Shown here piece by piece: positions 37,481 through 48,305 of a stretch of 64,000 nt of DNA (the stretch's first letter is position 1; every line of letters begins with the position of its first letter). The notes under the pieces are model-generated. The model searched no databases, was not told the DNA's origin, and saw nothing but the letters and a program-made list of their open reading frames with translations. The stretch comes from the human T2T-CHM13v2.0 reference genome, Homo sapiens: assembly GCF_009914755.1 (NCBI RefSeq), contig NC_060930.1; one strand, given 5' to 3'. The position numbers and the translations under genes were made by a program.

Positions 37481-40400
37481 AATACTACCATGCAGTTTTG
37501 GTGACTATGGCCTCATAATATAGTTTGAAGTCAGGTAATGTAAAGCCTCCAGATTTGTTCTTTTTGCTTAGTATTGCTTTGGCTATGCAGGCTCTTTTTT
37601 GGTTCCATATGAATTTTAGGATTGTTTTTTTCCAGTTCTGTGAAGAATGACGGTGGAATTTTGATGGGAATTACATTGAATTTGTAGATTACTTTTGGCA
37701 GCATGAGCATTTTCACAATATTGTTTCTACCCATTCATGAGCATGTGATGTGTTTCCATTTATTTGTGTCATCTATGATTTCTTTCAGCAGTGTTTTGTA
37801 GCTTTCCTCGTAAACGTCTCTCACCTCCTAGGTTAAATATATTCCTATGTATTTTTTTTTTCAGCTCTTGTAAAAGGAGTTGAGTTCTTGATTTGATTCT
37901 CAGCTTGGTTGCTGTTTGTGTATAGCAGGGCTACTGATTTGTGTACATAAATTTTGTATCCTGAAACTTTGCTGAACTCATTTACCAGTTCTAGGAGCTT
38001 TTTGAATGAGTATTTAGGGTTTTCTAGATATAGGATTATGTCATCTGCAAACAGTGACAGTTTGACTTTCTTTTTAATGATTTGGATGCCTTTTATTTCT
38101 TTCTTTTGTCTGATTGCTCAGGCTAGGACTTCCAGTGTTATGTTGAATAGAAGTGGTAAAAGTGGGCATTTATGTCTTGTTCCAGTTGTCAGGGGGAATA
38201 CTTTTAACTTTTCCCCATTCAGGATGATGTTGGCAGTGGGTTTGTCATAGATGGCTTTTATTACCTTAAGTTATGTCCCTTCTATGTTGAGTTTGATGGG
38301 GTTTTTAATAATATAGTGATGCTGGATTTTGTCAAACGCTTTCTCTGCATCTATTGAGATGATCATGTGATTTTTGTTTTTAATTCTGTTTATGTGGTAT
38401 ATCACATTTATTGACTTGTGGATGTTAAACCATCTCTGCATCCCTGGTATAAAACCCACTTGATCATGGTGGATTATCTTTTTTGATATGCTGTTGGATT
38501 CAGTTAGGTAATACTTTGTTGAGGATTTTTGCATGTATTTTCATCAGGGACATTGGTCTGTAGTTTTCTTTTTCCATTATGTCCTTTCCTGGTTTTGGAA
38601 TTAGGGCGATACAGGCTTCACAGAATGATTTAGGGAGGATTCACTCTTTCTGTATCTTTTGGAATAATGTCAATAAGATTGATATCAATTCTTCTTTGAG
38701 TATCTGATAGAATTCATCTGTGAATGTGCCTAGTCCTTGACTTTTTTTGTATGTAACTTTTAAATTACCATTTCAATCTCACTGCCTGTTATTGGTCTGC
38801 TCAGAGCCTCTGTTTCTTCCTGGTTTAATCTAGGAGGGTTGTATATTTCCAGGAATTTATCCCTCTACTCTAGGTTTTCTAGCTAATGTGCATAAAGGTG
38901 TTCATATTAGCCTTGAATGATCTTTTGTATTTCTGTAGTATTGGTTGTAATATCTCCCATTTTGTTTCTAATTGAGCTTATTTGGATCTTCTCTCTTCTT
39001 TTCTTCGTTATTTTTACTAATGGTCTATCAATTTTTTTTATCTTTTCAAAAAAACAGATTTTATTTTATTTATCTTTTGTATTTTTTTGTTTCAATTTCA
39101 TTTAGTTCTTCTCTGATCTTGATTATTTATTTTCATCCACTGGGTTTGGGTGTGGTTTGTTCTTGTGTCTCTAGCTCCTTGAGGTGTGACCTTAGATTGT
39201 CTATTTGTGCTCTTCCAGACTTTTTGATGTAGGCATTTAATGCTATCAACTTCCTTTTAGCACCATCTTTGCTATATCCCAGAGGTTTTGATAGATTGTG
39301 TCACTACTATTGTTCAGTTCAAAGAATTTTTTAATTTCCATGTTGATTTCATTGTTGACACAACAATTATTCAGGAGCAGGTTATTTAATTTCCATATCC
39401 ATGGTTTTGAGGGTTCCTTTTGAAGTTGATTTCCAATTTTATTCCACTGTGGTCTTAGAAAAATACTTGAAATAAATTTCATTTTCTTAAATTTGTTAAG
39501 GCTTGTTTTGTGGCCTATCATATGGTCTATTTTGGAGAATGTTCCATGTGCTGATGAATAGAATGTATGTTCTGCAGTTATGGCATAGAATGTTTTGTTA
39601 ATATTTATTAAGTCCATTTGTTCTAGGGTATAGTTTAAGTCCAGATTGTTTCTTTGTTGACTTCCCATCTTGATTACCTGTCTAGTGTTGTGAGTGGAAT
39701 ATTGAAGTTTCCCCCCTATTACTGTGTTGCTGTCTCATTTCTTAGGTCTAGCAGTAATTACTTTATAAATTTGGGAGTTCCAGTGTTAGATGCATATATA
39801 TTTAGGATTGTGATATTTTCCTGTTGGACTAGTCCTTTTATCATTATACAATGTTTCTCTTCATCTGTTTTAACAGCTATTGCTTTAAAGTTTGTTTTGT
39901 CTGATATAAGAATAGCTACTCCTGCTCACTTTTGGTGTCCATTTGCATGGGATATCTTTTTCCATCCCTTTACCTTAAGTTTATGTGAGTCCTTATGTGT
40001 AAGGTGAGTCTCCTGAAGACAGCAGAACTTGGTTGGTGAATTCTTAACCATTCTGCCATTCTCTATCTTTTAAGTGGAGCATTTAGGCCATTTACATTCG
40101 ATGTTAGTATTGAGATGTGAGGTACTCTTTTATTCATCATCCTATTTGTTGCCTGAATACCTTGGGATTTTTTTTTACCATGTTGCTGTTTTATAGGTCC
40201 TATGAGGTTATGCTTTAGGGATATTCTATTTTGGTGTATTTCAAGGATTTGTTTCAAAATTTAGAGTTCCTTTTAGCGGTTCTTGTAGTGCTGGCTTGGT
40301 AGTGGTAAATTCTCTCAGCATTTGTTTGCCTGAAAAAAAACTGTATCTTTCCTTCATTTATGAAGCTTACTTTCACTGGATCCAAAATTCCTGGCTGATA

Positions 40401-43037
40401 ATTGTTTCATTTAAGGAGGCTAAAGATAGGACCCCAATTCCTTCTAGCTTGTAGGATTTCTGCTGAGAAATGCGCTGTTAATCTTATAGGTTTTCCTTTA
40501 TAGATTACCTGATGCTTTTGTCTCACAGCTCTTAAGATTCTTCCCTTCATCTTGTCTTTAGATAATCTGATGACTATGTGCCTAGGCGGTAATCTTTTTG
40601 TGATGAATTTCCCAGGTGTTCTTTGAACTTTTTGTATTTGGATGTCTAGATCATTAGCAAAGCCAGGGAAGTTTTCTTCAATTATTTTCTCAAATAGGTT
40701 TTCCAAACTTTTTAATTTTTCTTCTTCCTTGGGAACACCAATTATTCTTAGGTTTAGTTGTTAAATGTAATCCCAAACTTCTTGGAGGCTTGGTTCATTT
40801 TTTAAATTTTTTTTCTTTGTTTGTCAGATTGGATTAATTTGAAAGCCTTATCATTGAGCTCTGAAGTCTTTTCTTCTACTTAACTTCAACTTGATTCTAT
40901 TGCTGAGACTTTCCAGTGCATTTTGCAATTCTCTAAGTGTGTACTTGATTTCCAGAAGTTGTCATTGTTTTTATTGATGGTATCTATTTCACTGGAGATT
41001 TTTCCATTCATATCCTGTGTCATTTCTTTGATTTCTTTAAGTTGGACTTCACCTTTCTCTGGTACCTCCTTGATTGGCTTAATAATTGACCTTCTAAATT
41101 CTTTTTCTGGCAATTCAGAGATTTTTTTCTTCGTTTGGATCCATCGCTGATGAGCTAGTGTGATCTTTTGGGGGTGTTAAAGAACCTTCTTCTATCATGT
41201 TACCAGAATTGTTTTTCTGGTTCCTTCTCATTTGGGTAGACTATGTCAGAGGGAAGATCCAGGACTCAAGGGTTGCTGTTCAGATTATTTTGTCCCACAG
41301 GGTGCTCTCATGATGTAGTTCTCTCCCCTTTCCCCTAGGGATGGGGCTTCCTGAGAGCTGAACTGCAGTGATTGTTATTTCTCTTCTGGATCTAGCCACC
41401 CAGTAAAGGTACCAGGCTCTAGGCTGTTACTGGGGAGTGTCTGCCGAGAGTCCTGTGATGTGATCCATCTTCAGATCTCTCAGCAGTGAATACCAGCACC
41501 TTCTCTGGTGGAGATAGCAAGAGAATGAAGTGGACTCTGTGAGGGTCCTTGTGATACAGAAGTGCTGGGAAGGGAAGAGTGTGGTCCCTTTAAATGATAC
41601 AGAAATGGGGAAGAGAAGTGCTGGGTAAAGGAGGGCATGGTCCCTGGCTAGGGCTGTATCCCCATGGACCTAGGTGAGGACAGGCATTTCCTGCCCAAAT
41701 GTTGCATTTCCTAAGACTATCCTGGCCTTCCATGCTCCCATCCTGTTCCTATAAATACCCAAGACCCTAGCAAGGCAGAGACAGAAGCAGCTGGACATCA
41801 AGAGAAGCACATGAGAGGAGGAACACATGGGTGGATGGACATCCAGAGAAGCATATCAGCAGGCACTGGCACACCAGCAGGCCACAAACTGGCAGAATGA
41901 TGCAGAGGTTGGTTGGAGAAGTTGGAGGAGAGCCCAGGCTGCTGAGCAGCCTGACTTCAGGGGAAAACCTTCCCACTCCATCCCCCTTTTGGCTTCCCCC
42001 ATCTGCTAAGAGCTACCTCCACTCAATAAAACCTTGGACTCATTCTCCAAGCCCAGGTGTGATCCAATTCTTCTGGCACACCAAGGCAAGAACCTGGGAT
42101 ATAGAAAGCCCTCTGTCCTTGCGACAAGCTAGAGGGTCTAATTGAGCCGGTTAACACAAGCTGCCTATAGACAGCAAAACTAAAAGAGCACCCTGTAACA
42201 CATGCCCACTGAGGCTTCAGGAGCTGTAAACATCCACCCCTAGAAACTGCCGTGGGTACACAGCCCCGCAACCTGCCCGTCTATATGCTCCCCTAGAGGT
42301 TTGAGCAGCGGGACACTGAAGAAGTGAGCCACTCCCCCTGCCGCACATTCTGTGAGGGGGACAAGGGAACTTTTCTTGTTTCACTTGGTTGTATTTTTGT
42401 TAAGTGCACTAGTTTTGTGTTGGTTGGCCTCCACCAGGAGGTGGCACCTACAAGAGTGCATCGCCTGCAGTAGCATAGGGAGGATCTGGTGGTAGGTGGG
42501 GCTTTGTCTTTGGCTACCAGAGAGGGTAGATGAAGACCATCAGGTCGGGCAGGGTTAGGGATGTCTGAGCTCAGACTCTTTTTGGGCGAGGCTTGCTGTG
42601 GCTGCTGTGGGGGATGGGAGTGTGGTTCCCAGGCCAATGGAGTTGTGTTCCCAGGGGGATTATGGCTGCCTCTGCTGTGTGTCACCCAGGTCACCAGGGA
42701 AGTGGGAGAAAGCCAGCAGCCGCAGACCTCACCCAACCCCCATGCCATCCCCCAGCCACTACAACCATGCCCCACCAACAGCATCGAGTTTATTTCCAGG
42801 CAGCTGGTTAGCAGGGCTGAGAACTTGCCCCAGGCTACCAGCCTCCCAGCTGAGACAGCAAGCTGACTCACAATTCCTCGCTGTCCCACAGAGCCTGGAG
42901 CGGTAATCTATCTGCTTCAGAGGGTCTGTGGATTCTCTTGTCTTTCCTGGCAAAAGTTCACAATATGGGTCTCTACTTAGTGCTCTGTCCATCCAAGTAG
43001 GAGCTGCAAGTTAGTCCTGCCTCCTATCCACCATTTT
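36051..43037 (-). mobile_element. Near full-length L1PB (L1PB1-like), inactivated
   Basis: L1PB 3'UTR (GTTTGGTTACATGAATAAGTT), collinear antisense ORF2 and ORF1 fragments ([13 protein letters not shown]; EENFPG...QRTPGK), 5'UTR ending CCTCCTATCCACCAT. Confidence 0.93.
41552..42383 (+). mobile_element. MER50 (ERV1) solo LTR in the L1PB 5' region, 4-bp TSD
   Basis: TGATACAG...TTTCA termini, TATAAA and AATAAA present; CTTG duplicated at 41548-41551 and 42384-42387. Confidence 0.88.
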
Positions 43038-44962
43038 TACTTTGCATCTTATTTTAACTAAATAACTGTTAAAACTATCCATTCTAGCTTTCTTCTATTG
43101 GCCAATGAGTGTCTTTGGATCCATCCTGAAGATCAATAAACAAAAAGGGAACTAGTAATATACTATAGTAGTACTGTAGGCATGACTCAAGACCCCCCCA
43201 TCATAGCCCATTCTCAGTTGCATCTTGATTTCTGAACATAGTATCCAGAAAAGGCTTATAATTAGATCTTCAAAAGACCTAAGTACTACAAAGATTATGG
43301 GAGTACCCATTTATAAGTCAAAATAAAAGTGATAAGCACACCATATAGTTCAATTCAATCTTAGTTTTCATTATTATTTTGACCCTTTTCAAATATAAAA
43401 TATGATTTTTTTCCAAAAATTACTTTGGTATTTCCACATGGCTAATAGCACATGCATATACTTAGTTCATCTATTGGATAATCATTACACTCTGCAACCC
43501 CTCCCAAGTTTAACAGTTCTGGCAAATCTCTCAGATGCTTTGGTGGTAATTTTTGTTAAATGAAATAATTTACTGTAACAACATACTCTCCAATTTCATT
43601 ATTTGTTTAGTGTAGACTTGAAAAGAAAATTTTATAAATCTGGATGTGAGCAAATTGTTCATAAATGAGAAGTTTTCCCAGAACACCTACAGTGGTGCTT
43701 TCTGTTCTGGATGGAAAATGCTCTAATGTAACACGTAAAGTGACCTCTTACTAGTGATACTCATATTATGAATGTCTACTTTGACAGAAAGAAATGAAAT
43801 TTGGGTGAGTCATTTCTAAGGATGCTGTTTTGGGGATTAATAATGTGGCTGAATGCATTAGGTACAGGCAATGTATTTTGCTTGAACCTGCTTCACCTTC
43901 TTGGGTCAGAGGAATATGTATCTCTCATTTACTCTGGCTTCTGTTCCTTCTCCAAAAGTTCAAAATCTAATACAGTTCCCTCTGCATGTTTCTCCTAAGG
44001 CAGAAGCATTCCACAGCACTACCTCATGTCGTTCACTTTTAAATTGTGATAATTTCATGCATTTAGAATTCAGAGTTATCCTGATATTGGAGACATCTCT
44101 TATGATGTATTCCTACCATGCAGCTGTGAATTATCCCACAGTGTTCTCCAGCACCCCCTCTCCATTCTCTCCTTCACCATATGGAGCAATGACACAAGCA
44201 GTAAGGAAACATGAGTCAGTTACATTTTGATGACAACTCAAGAGATGGCTCAAAGCTCCTAGCCACACTTTCTCCTTCCCAAAGGTAGCACTTTTGCTAT
44301 CCCAGAGGGCATATATCTCTCCATCAGCTACGGTTTCAGTGCACACAAGGGTGGTCTGTTGGACAGAGCATGTGCAGCTCTAACACTTCACCCATCTGGG
44401 ATCCATATGGAAAATATAATCCACTAAGAAAGCCACTCACCCTAATTCATAATATCCAAATTAGCCAAAGACATTTGGGAAGGGCATATCAGACCTCACC
44501 TGCAAGAAAACCTCTAGACAGAGTCCTTTAACTTATGCATAATATATCACTTCAGTGGTAAATATTAAGTTTATAAGTAAAATATCAAACTACATTATCA
44601 AGCAGGCCATAACTGATGGCTAGACTTGTTTCCTCAGAAAACTCCTAATATAGTTCCATGTGAGTGTCAACATGCTGGTAATAACTTGTTGGGATACTTA
44701 GTTTCTCTGAATGATGACTTCTCCCAGGTCAATAGGTCAGTGCAACTTCTGTCTTCCTAATGTAGAGGCTGTTCCTAGTGATTTCTTGTCTGTCCAAGGA
44801 TCTTGGTGCCAGGACATAATCTTTAAGTCAAAACAGTGAAAGGTTTGGTGATATGTCTGATTGTTTATTCTCTACTTATGGAAACTGATGCACCCCCCAC
44901 CCCTGCATCCAAAAAAAATGTTTGTAATTATCTAAGGTTTCTTAGCAGAACTGGGAGTGGGA

Positions 44963-45445
44963 TGTATGGGGTTAAATAATGGCCCTCAAAAAGATATATC
45001 CATGCCGTAACCACGGAATCTTTACATGTTACCATATTTAGCAAAAGAGTGAATATTAACTTCTAAGGTAAAAGATGCAATTGAGGTACGGATTTTGAGA
45101 GGAGGTATCATCCACCCTGAAGTATATAAGTAGGACTTAAGTGCAATCACATGTATCCTTATAAAAGACAGATGGGGGTAGTTTTGACAGAGAAGAGCAG
45201 GAAGCAATGTGACCATGGAGGCAGAGATTGGAGTGATGAGGCCATAGTTCAGCAACACTGAGGCAGCCACCAGACACTGGAAGAGAAAAGGAGCCAATTC
45301 TCTCCTGGAGCCTTGGAGGTAGCACAGTCTTGCCAAAACCTTGACTTCAGACTCTGGCTTCCGGAACTGTGAGATAATAAATTTCTGTTGTTTTAAGGCA
45401 CTAAGTTTTTATGATTTCTTACAGCAGCCACAGGAAATTAATACA
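44963..45445 (+). mobile_element. MLT1C solo LTR
   Basis: TGTATGGG...GAGGCAGAGATTGGAGTGATG...ATAAATTTCTGTTGTTTTAAG...AATACA; TSD TGGGA/GGGGA. Confidence 0.9.
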
Positions 45446-46825
45446 GGGGATAACAAGTCTTTACTAGATTTGTGTCCACATCTTGTTCAGTGATATTTTG
45501 TTCCATACCCTTTAAGAGTATTAGAAAAAACATTTGACCAGTGACAGCATAGACATTACCCTTTGAGGTAATTAAGAGTTCTCATGTTTTTAGAAGACTT
45601 GCCAACACACAATTGCCATCTACAATTAATTACCTCATCCAAATTAGCCAGTACTTGCAAACAGTTTATGCTGCCTGATGGGGGATAGTGGGTGGGGACA
45701 TCAGTGATATGTAGAAGCATCTCCAAATGGAAAAATTAGTCTTAAAGGAGATTTGTTCTTCCTTTTCCCTCTCTGAATAGAAATACATTAAATGAAACAG
45801 AGAATCACTGGCTTTCTACCCAACAGGCAAAGACACCTTCAACTTGGAATATCATGTTGTCTTCAGACATCAGTAATTCTCTTCAGCCTTTAGAAATATA
45901 CAAATATTGCAATTATGGCAAATTTCTTCAAACCACCACAATCAGCAATGACTGAGCTACAATCCATTAGTTAACGGTCATCCATCCTGATGCATTAAGT
46001 CATTGATCTATGACAGGGTGATGCTCCAAAATTCCTTCCCCCAAGGCCATAGAACTCTATCTGTATGGTACTGCTCCCCTTTCAGGCAGCCAGAGTCTAC
46101 TCAAGAATAAAAAATGCAATCCCCACCCCCACCTCACAGCTCCTTCTCTAGCTCTCTCCATTCTTCAAGTGTCAGGAAGTCACCCATGTCAAAACTGCTG
46201 ATATTTCACATCCATCCCTTCCCTCCACATACAACCTGCATGTGAAAATATATTAGGAAGTTCTTCTGGATCGCCTGGCTTATATTTAACTGTATACATT
46301 AGTACACAGGGTGGATATATGTAGTTTGGGCAGATACCACTTAACTGCACATTGCCAATATAAAAAGTATAACGTGTGACATAGGTGGAAATTTGTCCCA
46401 ATTAGTACATGTCTTCTCAGGTGTGCAGAACCTATGTAAAGCTCCACAAAAGAGTCCCCAATTTGTCTAAGCTGCAGAGGTCAATGCCAAATGTTGAAGT
46501 GGATTAGTAGAACAATGGCATCAAAGTGTTGGACACTCGTTACTCTGACTTTTCTAAAGACCAAAGATTCTGTTAAGAGCTGGTTTAGACTCTACCACAA
46601 TATGACTTAAGTGTTGTGAAAATCTTGATAAGAAAGGTTTTTAGGAAGCAAGCTTTAACGTCAAATAAATTAAGCCATCTATATATTGTGGGAGGAAGGT
46701 CTGCAGATCCATTGTTATTGAAACAAAAATCGAGCTAGAGAAGAAAATAGAACAATAAATTAAAATGACATACAAGGAAGGCTAAAAACCCTATTCTGAT
46801 TGCACCATCTGCCACAAATTTAGAG

Positions 46826-46986
46826 CAGTGTTTTCAAACTTTAGTGATTATACAAATTACCTAGGGACCTTGATAAAATGCAGATTTCAATTTAGTATCT
46901 GGGGTCAGGCCTAAGAATCAGCATTCTCAGCAAACTCTCCGGGGTTGCATACTGCTGGTCTGAGGGCCACACTATGAGAAGCAAAG
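46826..46986. mobile_element. MER5A-type hAT MITE
   Basis: CAGTGTTTTCAAACTT...TAAAATGCAGATT...CTAAGAATCAGCATT...CCACACTATGAGAAGC. Confidence 0.8.
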
Positions 46987-48305
46987 CTTTATAGCATGTG
47001 CAAAGGTCTGAAATAATGTACTACCTTTTTCCAGTTAATTATGACAGCACATATGCTGCTCTTGGGTCTTGATTAGTTCAGTGCACTCAACTATATGCTT
47101 ATCTACAAGCCTAGAAGAGCAATGTTGAAAGCTGATGCCTTGGGCCATCTGTTATTGCAGATTCCATATTATGCTGTACTCTTTCCATTAGAAGTTGATG
47201 TGTTACAAGATCTCCCTGACCAAGCTCTCTGGTTGATCAAATCATACAAAGTGACTTGCACCTTATGGTAGATAGCTGATAATAGAAGACAGTGACACTA
47301 AGGGTTTCATACTGATCACAAGCTATCAATATGAGTTACTAACAAATAAAATAAGGAAAATCTTATTGTTCCTCTAGAAAGTAGCTATTGCAGTATCATG
47401 ACTGATGAACATATTGTTCTTTGCAGAATTGGTCCCATCAAAGCATTAGCTAGAATCTGTTTCTTGCAGGAACATAACAGGAAAAAACTAGAATTCATTT
47501 TTATTCAGAAAATATTTGAAAGATTCATAAAATTCTAGGCAACTCACCATAACTCACCGAATTTTTTATGTTCCTATGGAAAGTAGATGCAAAACTTTAA
47601 TCAAGAACCATACTGAACAGAAATGTATTGACTATATTTCAAAATTCAAAGGCTTTCTGATTTTATATCAAACTACTACTGCAATAATTATAGTTTTGTT
47701 CTACCGACAGTGATTCAGTGTTATCTCAGGTGACCTCAATTTGTCAGTGGTGCCTAATCTAAGTAATAGCAGAACAAGACACTGAATGAGAAGGAAAAGA
47801 GCCTGACACTAGTCCTTCCTACTGGGTCAGCACAGGTGGAGAATTGTGGTAGAGCAGATGAAAGGGGCTATTCAAAAGCCCCTGAAACATAGGGGCTTGT
47901 TTTCGGAGAAAGTATTGTGAACATTTTCTAAATTTCCCATATATTAAAGTATTATGATCTTTTTTATCTTATACATGAGTCACCTTATACTATAAAATAT
48001 GACCATAAATGTGCCAAACAAATTTGGGAATGAGACATCTAAGAGGATTAAACTGAACCTCAGGAGTTAAGTATTTTGACAACGAAAAAAGAAGAGGCTA
48101 GAACAGTAATAGACAAAGCCAGATGGTGAATTCAGATCTTTTCAGTCCAGCTCTTTGTACAGTCAGCTAGACTAACCTTCAGCTCATCTTTTCATGTTAA
48201 ACAAATTGAAGCAATCCTGCTGAGTTTATAATGAAGCAATATGTGTTAATATCTCCATTCAGACTTAACTAAGACAACCCAAACATATTGTGCATATTAA
48301 CATAT

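Larger units (their letters stand above)
43480..47900 (+). mobile_element. Ancient Ty3/Gypsy internal region (Mag/K02A2.6-like; probably MamGypsy2-I-like): decayed gag-PR-RT-RH-IN
   Basis: Collinear translated motifs: FDRKK*NLGES (43780-43812), GHI...CKK (44482-44509), VPYPLR (45500), RHLQLGIS (45831-45854), NLDKKG...VK...IYCGRK (46621-46698), YKPRRAMLKADALGHL (47104-47151), KALAR (47440-47454), PQFVS (47734-47748). Confidence 0.75.

Noticed and set aside
36260-41113. Series of minus-strand ORFs
   Set aside because: All are collinear fragments of the decayed L1PB
41767-42992. ORFs of 100-198 aa
   Set aside because: They lie in the MER50 LTR and the GC-rich L1PB 5'UTR, with no recognisable domain
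43480-47900. Gypsy relic as a functional domesticated gene
   Set aside because: It has many stops and frameshifts, two TE insertions in pol, and no recognisable YxDD catalytic motif
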